A DNA stretch of 64,000 nt from Macrostomum lignano (GCA_002269645.1 NIVC01001293.1:124001-188000), one strand, 5' to 3'. Positions 48,501 through 60,327 are shown, counted from the stretch's first letter. Notes: a model not told the origin generated them from the sequence alone. Numbers and translations are program-made.

Positions 48501-51500
48501 AACGGTACGCTGCTCAGCCGTCAAATTGGACTCTCTTTCAGAAACAAAGTCACCGAGCTGTTCGGGGTTGTCAAACGCTGTCTCTTCAGCTGCAACTCGA
48601 CGAGGTTCAGGCAAACCATAATCAGCCAGGCCACTCGCTCCCATGGCAGCAGCGCGTTGCGCCAGATCAGCCAGAACTCCGTCATCCACTTCATCTTGGT
48701 CATCCAGCTTGCAGCGGTACGCAAAATCTTAACCCATTGCCGTTCGAAATCTTCTCCACAGGTCCAGAGTGTCAACTGCATCACCGTGCACGAGAATGAC
48801 GGAAAACAGGCACCTGAGCGCCGCAGGCATTTGTCTCCACAGCTTCTTCCATGCACAGGCGCCAATGCTGGTCATCTTCTAACAATCCCAGTGCTGGGCC
48901 AATTCACATCGCAAATTTGCAAGTCAGTCAGTCACTTAAGTCAGTCAGTCAGTCAGTCAGTCACTTAAGTCAGTCAGTCAGTCAGTCAGTCAGTCACTTA
49001 AGTCAGTCAGTCAGTCAGTCAGTCAGTCAGTCACTTAAGTCAGTCAGTCAGTCAGTCAGTCAGTCAGTCAGTCAGTCAGTCAGTCACTTAAGTCAGTCAG
49101 TCAGTCAGTCAGTCAGTCAGTCAGTCAGTCAGTCAGTCAGTCAGTCAGTCAGTCAGTCACTTAAGTCAGTCAGTCAGTCAGTCAGTCAGTCAGTCAGTTA
49201 CTTCAAGAGAAGTATATGAAATACAAAATCATGCTTTATCCCGTGCTCCTACTTCCAGTAGACACTGTCTGCATTCATCTCAAACATTTTTTTATTTTCC
49301 GCGACAGACCCGGTCAAATTTTGCCCAGCTGCAGCAGCAGTTTATCGACGCCAATCCGGCTATGAAGCGGGCTGCGGTGCCGGCCAGCAAGTTGCACGTG
49401 ACTTTGTTTGTGTGCACCCTGGCTGAGGAAGCTGATGTTGAACTGTGAGGCCCGCCGCTTGCCTATAAAATAGTCAAATATTCTTTATCTTTCGTTTTTC
49501 AATCTGTTCCTTTTCTCATCAGTTCTCATGAACTTGTTCTCATCAGTTCTCATGAACTTGTTCTCATCAGTTCTCATGAACTTGTTTTCATCGATTCTCA
49601 TGAACTTGTTCTCATCGATTCTCATGAACTTGTTCTCATTGACTCTCATGAACTTGTTCTCATCAGTTCTCATGAACTTGTTCTCATCGATTCTCATGAA
49701 CTTGTTCTCATCAGTTCTCATGAACTTGTTCTCATCGATTCTCATGAACTTGTTCTCATCGATTCTCATGAACTTGTTCTCATTGATTCTCATGAACTTG
49801 TTCTCATTGACTCTCATGAACTTGTTCTCATTGATTCTCATGAACTTGTTCTCATCGATTCTCATGAACTTGTTCTCATCGATTCTCATGAACTTGTTCT
49901 CATTGATTCTCATGAACTTGTTCTCATCAGTTCTCATGAACTTGTTCTCATCGATTCTGATGAACTTGTTCTCATCGATTTTCATGAACTTGTTTTCATT
50001 GATTCTCATGAACTTGTTCTCATTGACTCTCATGAACTTGTTCTCATCGACTCTCATGAACTTGTTCTCATCGACTCTCATGAACTTGTTCTCATTGACT
50101 CTCATGAACTTGTTCTCATCGACTCTCATGAACTTGTTCTCATCGATTCTCATGAACTTGTTCTCATCGACTCTCATGAACTTGTTCTCATCGATTCTCA
50201 TGAACTTGTTCTCATCGATTCTCATGAACTTGTTCTCATTGATTCTCATGAACTTGTTCTCATTGACTCTCATGAACTTGTTCTCATTGATTCTCATGAA
50301 CTTGTTCTCATCGATTCTCATGAACTTGTTCTCATCAGTTCTCATGAACTTGTTCTCATTGATTCTCATGAACTTGTTCTCATCAGTTCTCATGAACTTG
50401 TTCTCATCGATTCTCATGAACTTGTTCTCATCGATTCTCATGAACTTGTTCTCATTGATTCTCATGAACTTGTTCTCATTGATTCTCATGAACTTGTTCT
50501 CATTGACTCTCATGAACTTGTTCTCATTGATTCTCATGAACTTGTTCTCATCGATTCTCATGAACTTGTTCTCATCGATTCTCATGAACTTGTTCTCATT
50601 GATTCTCATGAACTTGTTCTCATCAGTTCTCATGAACTTGTTCTCATCGATTCTCATGAACTTGTTCTCATCGATTCTCATGAACTTGTTCTCATTGACT
50701 CTCATGAACTTGTTCTCATTGACTCTCATGAACTTGTTCTCATCGATTCTCATGAACTTGTTCTCATCGACTCTCAAGAACTTGTTCTCATTGATTCTCA
50801 TGAACTTGTTCTCATCAGTTCTCATGAACTTGTTTTCATCGATTCTCATGAACTTGTTCTCATCGATTCTCATGAACTTGTTTTCATTGATTCTCATGAA
50901 CTTGTTCTCATTGACTCTCATGAACTTGTTCTCATCGACTCTCATGAACTTGTTCTCATCGACTCTCATGAACTTGTTCTCATTGACTCTCATAAACTTG
51001 TTCTCATCGACTCTCATGAACTTGTTCTCATCGATTCTCATGAACTTGTTCTCATCGACTCTCATGAACTTGTTCTCATTGACTCTCATGAACTTGTTCT
51101 CATCGACTCTCATGAACTTGTTCTCATCGATTCTCATGAACTTGTTCTCATAGACTCTCATGAACTTGTTCTCATCGATTCTCATGAACTTGTTCTCATC
51201 GATTCTCATGAACTTGTTCTCATCGATTCTCATGAACTTGTTCTCATTGACTCTCATGAACTTGTTCTCATTGATTCTCATTAACTTGTTCTCATCGATT
51301 CTCATGAACTTGTTCTCATCGACTCTCATGAACTTGTTCTCATTGACTCTCATGAACTTGTTCTCATCAGTTCTCATGAACTTGTTCTCATCGATTCTCA
51401 TGAACTTGTTCTCATCGATTCTCATGAACTTGTTCTCATTGATTCTCATGAACTTGTTCTCATTGATTCTCATGAACTTGTTCTCATAGACTCTCATGAA

Positions 51501-52811
51501 CTTGTTCTCATTGATTCTCATGAACTTGTTCTCATCGATTCTCATGAACTTGTTCTCATCGATTCTCATGAACTTGTTCTCATTGATTCTCATGAACTTG
51601 TTCTCATCGATTCTCATGAACTTGTTCTCATCGATTCTCATGAACTTGTTCTCATTGATTCTCATGAACTTGTTCTCATTGATTCTCATGAACTTGTTCT
51701 CATCAGTTCTCATGAACTTGTTTTCAATCTGTTCTCATGAACTTGTTCTCAATCTGTTCTCGTGAACCTGTTTTCAATGTGTTCTCATGGACTTGTTCTC
51801 AATCTTTTCTCATTGACCTGTTCTCAATCTTTTCTCATGGACCCGTTCTCAATCTGTTCTCATGGACTTGTTCTCAATCTTTTCTCATGGACCCGTTCTT
51901 AATCTTTTCTCATGGACCCGTTCTCAATCTTTTCTCATGGACTTGTTCTCAATCTTTTCTCATGGACCCGTTCTTAATCTTTTCTCATGGACCCGTTCTC
52001 AATCTTTTCTCATGGACCCGTTCTTAATCTTTTCTCATGGACCCGTTCTCAATCTTTTCTCATGGACCCGTTCTTAATCTTTTCTCATGGACCCGTTCTC
52101 AATCTTTTCTCATGGACCCGTTCTTAATCTGTTCTCATGGACCCGCTCTCAATCTGTTCTCATGGACCCGTTCTCAATCTTTTCTCATGGACCCGTTCTC
52201 AATCTGTTCTCATGGACCCGTTCTCAATCTGTTCTCATGGACCCGTTCTTAATAAGATTAGCAATAAATTCCAGCTGCAGTCCCACCGCAGTCAGTCACT
52301 CTCTCCCATCCAATCCAATTGCAGAGCCAAGCAGACCCTGCAGGATTCGTTGAACTCAGTCGCCGCGCCAGCGCCCGGCCTCGAGCTGCAGTTCCTCGGC
52401 GTCGATTCCTTCAACCGGCGTGTCCTGTTTGTGCCTCTAGTGGAGAACCCGGCCCTGGCCTGGCTTCGGCGTGCTCGCAACCAGTTGATGACGTCATTCG
52501 TTGACGCCGGCCTGAAAGTGGAAGCCGATCGGCAGCCCGGCTCCGTCTGGAAGCCCCACCTGACAGTGGCAAAGTGCAGCCGTCTGCCCCGAGGTCAGCA
52601 GCGACTGTGCCGGCTAAATGCGGACTGTCTGGCTGCCGACCGCGGCTGTGACATTGGCTGCCAGGCCTTGGAGTCTGTGCAGCTGTGCAGCATGGCTGAG
52701 TCTGACTCGGCTACCGGCTATTATCAAGTGCTGACTGACCGGCGGCTTGACAATTTGACTGTCAGTGACAATTTGACAGTCAGTGACAATTTGACTGTCA
52801 GTGACAAGTGA
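42582..52811 (+). CDS. AKAP7-like 2H phosphoesterase, paralog 1 (exons 42582-42692, 49308-49444, 52325-52811)
   Basis: KKKKQSQSRPTHFLAMQVTNKE | ...KLHVTLFVC | ...WKPHLTVAK...VQLCSM...GYY. Both H-x-T motifs present; intron phases 0 and 2 are consistent. Confidence 0.85.
42986..43584 (-). mobile_element. Non-autonomous P-element-like transposon with a THAP remnant, nested in the Helitron
   Basis: Perfect 24-bp TIR catagatcttatattccctagata, 8-bp TSD gttaagac (42978-42985, 43585-43592), and THAP-like SLHNFP....QKWIKAL. Confidence 0.8.
43846..45032 (-). CDS. RPA70-like tandem OB-fold ssDNA-binding protein carried by the Helitron (exons 45032-44598, 44503-~44031, probably ~43941-43846)
   Basis: FTGRVI...FSFVLGDETAEIRVSVFG and GVITAV...VTLVDSS...VECAFWG resemble RPA1 DBD-A and DBD-B. 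Phase-0 intron; no stops. Confidence 0.8.
45690..46600. repeat. 128-bp tandem repeat (~7 copies) inside the Helitron
   Basis: Period 128 bp (e.g. 45799 to 45927), with near-identical units. Confidence 0.93.
47058..48900 (-). pseudogene. Helitron RepHel C-terminal half (Pif1-family helicase), disrupted, with a 77-nt intron at 47823-47899
   Basis: LGLLEDDQHW..CMEEA, DAAGGTGKS, IVWDEAAM, GDFRQLL, FPVRLCFAITIHKSQGQS, HGQLYVALSR. Frameshifts and a stop occur upstream of Walker A. Confidence 0.92.
48923..49198. repeat. (CAGT)n microsatellite punctuated by cacttaag
   Basis: Direct reading. Confidence 0.97.
49500..52250. repeat. 24-bp minisatellite (~93 copies) grading into a related ~25-bp repeat; fills intron 2 of AKAP7-like 1
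   Basis: ctcatgaacttgttctcatcgatt, then ctcatggacccgttctcaatctttt. Confidence 0.97.
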
Positions 52812-53547
52812 CTGTCAGTGACAATTGACTGTCAGTGACAATTTGACTGTCAGTGACAATTTGACTGTCAGTGACAATTTGACTGTCAGTGACAATTTGA
52901 CTGTCAGTGCCAATTTGACTGTCAGTGCCAATTTGACTGTCAGTGACAATTTGACTGTCAGTGACAATTTGACTGTCAGTGACAATTGACTGTCAGTGTC
53001 AATTTGACTGTCAGTGACAATTTGACTGTCAGTGACAATTGACTGTCAGTGACAATTTGACTGTCAGTGACAATTGACTGTCAGTGACAATTGACTGTCA
53101 GTGACAATTTGACTGTCAGTGACAATTTGACTGTCAGTGACAATTTGACTGTCAGTGACAATTGACTGTCAGTGACAATTGACTGTCTGACAATTTGACT
53201 GTCAGTGCCAATTTGACTGTCAGTGACAATTGACTGTCAGTGACAATTTGACTGTCAGTGCCAATTTGACTGTCAGTGACAATTGACTGTCAGTGACAAT
53301 TTGACTGTCAGTGCCAATTTGACTGTCAGTGCCAATTTGACTGTCCGTGACATTTGACTGTCAGTGACAATTGACTGTCAGTGAAAATTGACTGTCAGTG
53401 ACAATTGACTGTCAGTGACAATTGACTGTCAGTGACAATTTGACTGTCAGTGACAATTTGACTGTCAGTGACAATTTGACTGTCAGTGACAATTTGACTG
53501 TCAGTGACAATTGACTGTCAGTGACGATTGACTGTCAGTGACAATTG
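52750..53547. repeat. 18/19-bp palindromic minisatellite; also present at 21447-21587 and 41549-41572
   Basis: ttgactgtcagtgacaat(t) with an internal TGTCA-g-TGACA palindrome. Confidence 0.95.
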
Positions 53548-53844
53548 GGATTCCTGATTTTTACTGTAAATCAATTGTTTTGTGTTCTTATTTGCACATT
53601 TTGAGATATAAATATAAATGCATATGTTTATTGTGTATATATTAAGCTTAAAGATTTTGTAAACATGAGTTTTAAATAGAGCATTTTGTTACTTTTAAAT
53701 TAGACTTTGTTATTAAAAGGGTTCTGCACTTAACTCGCACAGGGTTACAGTTGGAGGGGGTTGGCCCTCATAGTGTCCATGAATCGGTTTTTTACAATTT
53801 ATCAATATCAGCAAAAATATTGGATGAAGCTCTAATATTTCCAG

Positions 53845-56088
53845 GCATCTGTCGCTGCAGACGTTGCCTCAGAAAAGGCACCGGTGAAAGCCGCTAACTC
53901 GCAAAACAGGAGCTCTGAGTCATCTCCTACTCACTTCATCGCTGTGCAGATTAGCAATCCAGAGGTTTGTGTACATGGCAGGCATAAATATTCCTGTTGA
54001 ATCGGCTGATTGTGAAATTATGCTGAATATCCACCCCGTACCCATAGATAATCCCCATCCCAAACCCATAGATAATCCCCATCCCGAACCCATAGATAGT
54101 CCCCATCCCAAAGCCATAGACAATCCCCATCCCAAACCCATAAATAATCCCCATCCCAAACCTATAGATAATCCCTATCCCGAACCCATAGATAATCCCC
54201 ATCCCGAACCCACCAATAATTCCCATCCCAAACCCATAGATAATTTCCATCCCAAACCCATAAATAATCCCCACCCCAAACCCACCAATAATTCCTATCC
54301 CAAACCCATAGATAATCCCCATCCCAAACCCATAGATAATCCCCAACCCAAAGCCATAGATAATCCCAATCCCAAACCCATAGATAATCCCCATCCCAAA
54401 CCCATAGATAATCCCCAACCAAAGCCATAGATAATCCCCATCCCGAAACCATAGATAATCTCCATCCCAAACCCATAGATAATCCCCATCCTAAACCCAT
54501 AGATAATCCCCATCCTAAACCCATAGAAAATCCATATCCCGAACGCAGATAATCCCCAACCCAAAGCCATAGGTACGCTCCTAACAATACATAATCCAAC
54601 CATGCTAATTGCAGACAAAGTCTTGGCTAGGCAGTTTGCAGCAAAAGCTGAGGCACTCTGGTCAGGTGAGTGCGGTAGCACTCTTACCTGTTGAGGAGCT
54701 GCACATAACTCTATTCGTCTGCTGTTTGGACAGCAAAGAAGGGCTAGCTAAGTGAGTTAATATTTTAGTCTCACTTCACGTTTTTAACAAAGCTGTTCTT
54801 TAAATACTAGCAGATTTCAAAATCTCAATACAGAAAGATAAATTTCTAGTTTTTTTAATCCTTGACCAAGATGTTAGTCGATTTTAGTTTGCTCAAGTTT
54901 ATTTCAAACAGTCGATTGTAATTGGAAATTAAAACTCTGTTACTGAACAAACGAAGAGTTTTTGCATGCTTCGGTTGTGATTTGGACTGCAATAGTCAGC
55001 ACTTAAATTTAAAAGTAGAGCGCCTACTCTTTTTCAGTAGTTTTTCTGCGCAGTGAGACTAAAATTTAATTTGGTAGCTAAAATTGTCTTTCCTTCGGGT
55101 CGGAGTTAGAGGCCTCAGAAGCTTAATGGAGTTAAACGCATTTAAATCGATGTACAGAAGTGAACCCAAGACGGACGAAACTCAATCTAGGGAGGGGAGG
55201 AGGGGCAGGCCCAATTTAGCTCAGCCAATAAGAGAGCAGTAAGGAGAGAGGTCAAAGTCAGTCGGACGAAACTCAGCCTAGGGGGCAGGCCCAATCTAGC
55301 TCAGCCAATGAGAGAGCAGTAAGGAAAGAGGTCAGAATCAGACAGACGAAACTCAGCCTATGGGGCAGGCCCAATCTAGCTCAGGCAATGAGAGAGCAGT
55401 AAGGAAAGAGGTCAGAATCTGACGGACGAAACTCAGCCTAGGGGGCAGGCCCAATCTAGCTCAGGCAATGAGAGAGCGGTAAGGAAAGACAAGCACAGAC
55501 AAACGGTCGAAAGGAAAGCCACACTGTTTATCGGCCTGGCTGGGGGCTGGGGCGCCACCCCTTTTTCTCTCTTGCTCGCTATGCATACGGGTTCATGGAA
55601 CATTGTCACATCTATCCCATTTTGCAAGCAGGGCTCGGCAAATCATGGAGTCTGTAGATTCAATCCGACCCGACAGCCAGTTAGTTACTGAAGAAAGTTT
55701 AGACAGTCGGCTATTGAAATTATCAGGCATCGGAGCTTTCAATCGTCAAGTGCTGTTTGTGCGGCTGGCCGAGAATGCCGCACTGAATGACCTGCGCGTC
55801 GTGAGAGACCGCCTGCTGGCGGAGTTCATCGCGGCTGGACTGAGCGCTGATGCGAGTAGAGACGGGCCTGGAGGATGGAAGCCGCACCTGACTCTGGCCA
55901 AGGCCAGCCGACTGCCCTGGGGGCGGCAGCGGCGTCAGTGCCGGCTGACTGCCGCCCTGCTGAAGGACAACGACAGTGAGGTTGGCTGGCAAAGCTTCGA
56001 CTGTCTGCAGCTGTGCAGCATGGAGCGCGACGGCCAGACTGGCTATCAAGGTCAATTGCGAGCGACGGTTCCAAAATATTTAAATTGA
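53845..56088 (+). CDS. AKAP7-like 2H phosphoesterase, paralog 2 (exons 53845-53964, 54615-54751, 55632-56088); no ATG in exon 1
   Basis: SPTHFIAVQISNPE | ...ELHITLFVC | ...WKPHLTLAK...LQLCSM. Same intron phases and the same 137-nt middle exon as paralog 1. Confidence 0.85.
54035..54570. repeat. 24-bp intronic minisatellite
   Basis: cccatagataatccccatcccaaa variants. Confidence 0.92.
55170..55490. repeat. ~78-bp tandem repeat (4 copies), intronic
   Basis: gacgaaactcagccta.ggggcaggcccaatctagctcag.caatgagagagcagtaagg... Confidence 0.85.
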
Positions 56089-57052
56089 CTGCGTAATTAA
56101 GTTTTAAAACAGACATGGCTGCATTTGCCTACTGATAAATCCAAGCTGCTAAATAACTTACAGTTCGAGGCATTTAGCCATCAAATATTGGACTTGCTTT
56201 TGCAGCTCAAGTGATTTCCAGTACAGGTTTTTCTGCTTTTAACTTTTGTTTCCTTATTTTTTCATTGAACTAGATGGGCCACTCAGCACATTTGCGTATA
56301 AGCTACTTTCAGTTCAGTAGTAGTTAAAACAGAAGCATTTTAATGTATTTTTAAAGCCAAGGATCATTTATTGGCTCTTACACCCCCCACAGCTTGAACC
56401 CTCCAACCGCGCCTTTCCCCACTATCCCCCGTCCCGCCCCAATTTTATTGCCTTTCTCGGAATTCCAGCCTAAAGCTGCCATGTACATTTCAGTGGACTG
56501 GCCAATGTACATTATTACTGAACCAATTAGCAAGTTGTTTACGGCTACAAGCTTGGGCTTCTAAACTTATCCAAGCCCCCTGCCCCGCCCCAATTTTTAT
56601 TGCCTTTCTCGGAATTCCAGCCGAAAGCTGCCATGAACATTTCAGTGGGGACTGGCCAATGTACATTCTGGCTGAACCAATTAGCAAGTTGTTTACGCCT
56701 GCAAGCTTGGCTTTAAATAAACTTATCAAAGTCATTTTAGCAGCCTTTATTTTTATAAAATAGCTTATGTATTCTTCTTTGCTACTGAACTGAAAGTAGA
56801 AAGCTGTTTGGCTAAGTATGCCAGAGTACTTTCCATATACTTTCCAACTTTTCATTTGTCAATGGTTAAAAGTTTTCACACGCGTTAAAAAATTTCGTAC
56901 ACGTAATTCATAACAATCGTCGTTAAATGTGCTCAAATATACTCATTACAACCTCTGTAACCCAGTTTGGGTTTAAAATGCTTTAACATAACAGAAGCTT
57001 ACGGTTAGTGGGACTCAACCTGTAGTTTGTCAGTTTGCAGAGAGGCCGTAGT

Positions 57053-57125
57053 GGGCGTGTAGCCTAGTGGACCAGCGCGGCGCTCTGATGTGCCATCGGC
57101 CCAGGCTCGATTCCAAGTGCAGTCA
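57053..57125 (+). pseudogene. tRNA-derived sequence (tRNA pseudogene or SINE head)
   Basis: A-box-like TAGCCTAGTGG and B-box-like GGCTCGATTCC at tRNA spacing. Stems do not fold cleanly. Confidence 0.45.
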
Positions 57126-58347
57126 CATTAATTTTAGCGCTAAAAATTGGAATCTCGGCTTGGCTCTGCTCGTGCAATTGACGGCATTAAGAGGCCAACC
57201 CAACCTCCAAGGCACAGTGAAGTGTACATGCGGCTACATGCCTAACGATAAATAAAGTTAGGGCCGCTGTGCACTCCTGTGTGAGGGTGTGCCTGTGCGT
57301 ATGACTGCGTACGGATCCGCGCGCTTGTGTGTCTGCTCAGGGGAGTCAGTGGAATGGGCAGTAATGCCAAAAATCGAATACAATGTATTATGAAGACTCG
57401 TATGCAGCCCAAATAATTCGCCTATATACTGGTATATTTGGAAACGCTGGATCTGTAGATTAAAATTAACAAAGCTAATTGTCAAGTTTCTTTTATATGA
57501 AACTTCATGTGATATTTTCTTCTGTGAGATTCTCTCACTAACTGTGTGATGCTCGAGTATTGCAATTGCTCAGGCGATGACTTGTGACTTGACTTTTTGT
57601 TGCGCACCTTTTCAAACAATAATTAAGTCGCCAGCCCTCTCGACCGTCGAGATATTCAACGCTTCTGCCAGAAGGTCGGATTTTCCCATAAGTGCCAGTG
57701 TATTCAATACACCCCCTGTGCGCCAATCAGCACTGCGCCTGTCTGATCGCTGTCTGAGAGCTTTCAGGTTATAAATGATCGGTACAGCAGGGCCAAAGTC
57801 AGAAGGACGGAACAACGCGGCCCAGGGTCCGGAGGCAGTGGCCCAGCAGCATCTGACGGCTCAGGGCCGGCGCTCCAGCGCATGTTGCTCAGGAGTCAGC
57901 GTAATGGGCAGAATTTCGTCGAAGGCGTTAGTCACAACATTCCTACGCATAGTTTTTTGTTTATTTATTTTATATTTCGAAAAATAATGCTAAAACTCAT
58001 TCCAAATGAGATTCAGAGCGTTCTACACTAAGCAATTTGATATTCTAAAGTGCTGATTAAATATTAAAGTGTAAGTTTGTGGCCTGCATAGCTTAAACTT
58101 AAACTTAAAACTAAAACTGAAAACTTCATACCATAGCCAAGCAATACTAATAAGGCGGTACACAAAATACTACTGTAAAGTAGCTACACAGAGACAGTAA
58201 CAAAAATCAATGATTTGTAGATGCCATAATAACACCTGAAAAGTATGAGATTAAATGAAAAACATGGAAAATACATGCATTAAAATATGCGTTAAAATGG
58301 AAATGGAACTTATCTAAGTCCACAAAGTCAGTAAGGTTTAGAGCGTA

Positions 58348-58533
58348 TTACTCGTAGCAGGTGCCCTGATTCCAACCAAAGCAATAAAGATCACCTCTTG
58401 AGCACTGCTCAGCTGGAGTTCCGACGCACCGATTGCCAGAGCAGCTGCAGTCGGCCGCGGCAGCCTGCAGCTCAACGCAGATCAAAACTAGCAGAGCGGC
58501 AAAGATGCAGAGCTGCAGTCTTCTCATCAGCAT
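58348..58533 (-). CDS. Small secreted cysteine-rich peptide (6 Cys)
   Basis: Basic-hydrophobic signal peptide ending AAAA, then DCSCSGNRCVGTPAEQCSRGDLYCFGWNQGTCYE. GC-rich island in AT-rich flanks. Confidence 0.75.
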   Translation of the reverse strand: MLMRRLQLCIFAALLVLICVELQAAAADCSCSGNRCVGTPAEQCSRGDLYCFGWNQGTCYE

Positions 58534-58889
58534 CACTTGGTTGGTTACTAGGCCAACCAGTAGAGTTCAATGTGTGAAAGTGTGCTTTATTGAAGTTTCT
58601 GGGAACCAATGACTCTAGCAATGTGCCCCTCTATGTTTAAGCGTTTGAGCCGATCGAGCTAAATTTGTAGAGCTCTGCAGAGCAAAGCAACAGCTGCTCG
58701 AGAGAGTTTTATGGCGCCAATAAAGATTTCTCCTATGATTTGCTGCTGCTGGTTATCCAAGGACGACTAAAGTAACTACTTAAGTAGTCCTTGTGGTTAC
58801 CCTTAGGCAAGCTGCTTGAAAATTAACATACACCGGGCAAGCTGTTGTTAAAGAGCCTTCCTCACAAACTGTCTGATTGTCTTAATAAG

Positions 58890-59597
58890 TGTCTTAATGA
58901 ATGTCTTTATGGGTGTCTTAATGGGTATCTTAATTGATAACTTAATGGGTATCTTAATGGGTGTCTCAATGGGTGTCTTAATGGGTTTCTCAATGGGTGT
59001 CTTAATGGGTGTCTCAATGGGTATCTTAATGGGTATCTTAATGGGTGTCTTAATGGGTATCTTAATGGGTGTCTCAATGGGTGTCTTAATGGGTTTCTCA
59101 ATGGGTGTCTTAATGGGTGTCTCAATGGGTATCTTAATGGGTATCTTAATGGGTGTCTTAATGGGTATCTTAATGGGTGTCTTAATGGGTATCTTAATGG
59201 GTGTCTCAATGGGTATCTTAATGGGTGTCTTAATGGGTATCTTAATTGATAACTTAATGGGTATCTTAATGGGTATCTTAATTGATAAATTAATGGGTAT
59301 CCTAATGGGTGTCTCAATGGGTGTCCCAATGGGTGTCCGAATGGGTGTCTCAATGGGTGTCTCAATGGGTATCTTAATGGGTATCTTAATTGATAACTTA
59401 ATGGGTATCTTAATGGGTGTCTCAATGGGTGTCTCAATGGGTGTCTCAATGGGTATCTTAATGGGTATCTTAATTGATAACTTGATGGATATCCTAATGG
59501 GTGTCCCAATGGGTGTCCGAATGGGTGTCTCAATGGGTATATCTAATGGGTGTCTCAGTGGGTGTCTCAGTGGGTGTCTTAATGGGTGTCCCAATGG
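58890..59597. repeat. 12-bp minisatellite
   Basis: atgggtgtctta / atgggtatctta variants. Confidence 0.95.
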
Positions 59598-59727
59598 GTC
59601 TCTGGAGTTTCTGTTGTACATTTGTCGCCTGAGAAGCCGCCAGCTCCACTCCGCCAGGTCCACAGCCATAAAACTGGCAACTCTGAGCTGCCGCAACTTC
59701 CGTGGGAACTCCCGCATCTTTTAAGTC

Positions 59728-59985
59728 GACAGTCATTCTGTCCACAGTCATTCTGTCCACAGTCATTCTGTCCACAGTCATTCTGTCCACAGTCATTCTG
59801 TCCACAGTCATTCTGTCCACAGTCATTCTGTCCACAGTCATTCTGTCCACAGTCATTCTGTCCACAGTCATTCTGTCCACAGTCATTCTGTCCACAGTCA
59901 TTCTGTCCACAGTCATTCTGTCCACAGTCATTCTGTCCACAGTCATTCTGTCCACAGTCATTCTGTCCACAGTCATTCTGTCCAT
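59728..59985. repeat. 15-bp perfect tandem repeat (~17 copies)
   Basis: cagtcattctgtcca. Confidence 0.97.
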
Positions 59986-60327
59986 GCAGTCTCGAGGATG
60001 ACAGCCTCCGGCAGGGCGTATTTGTGCGTCTTGAAAGGCTGAGCCTCACTGTCCTCCGGGCGAAGACGACAGATGACGTTGGGTCTGACAGCAGACAACG
60101 GGGGCCTTAGAATGAGATCGTACCAGAAACGTCACTTCAGGCACTGCATCGAACATCTGCCAGTCTTTTATGCATCATGGGCTAAAAATTGCAACTTGAG
60201 AGGCCCAAACTCCACCGGAGACACTCAGCAGCGCGTCAGTCAGGTGACACTCAACAAAAGCCACCATTTAAAAGCAGAAAAAGCAGACAGCCATGCAGCA
60301 GTCCCAAGCAGCTGCATCAGTGCCGGC

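Larger units (their letters stand above)
42724..49200 (-). mobile_element. Helitron (5'-truncated, degenerate) in intron 1 of AKAP7-like 1
   Basis: 3' terminus GCCCC-ACAAGG-GGGGC hairpin, 8 nt, CTAG, then T. Contains a Pif1-type helicase, an RPA-like gene and an (ACTG)n microsatellite. No canonical 5' TC end or Rep domain found. Confidence 0.8.

Noticed and set aside
49485-51713. 742-aa RIDENKFM repeat ORF
   Set aside because: Intronic 24-bp minisatellite open on both strands, with no unique flanking coding sequence.
58848-60110. ORFs through the 12-bp and 15-bp repeats, and a faint T-box-like peptide (PFKTHKYALPEAVILETAW) at ~59985-60090
   Set aside because: The repeat-derived frames are artefacts; the T-box resemblance is too short and no other T-box exons are present.
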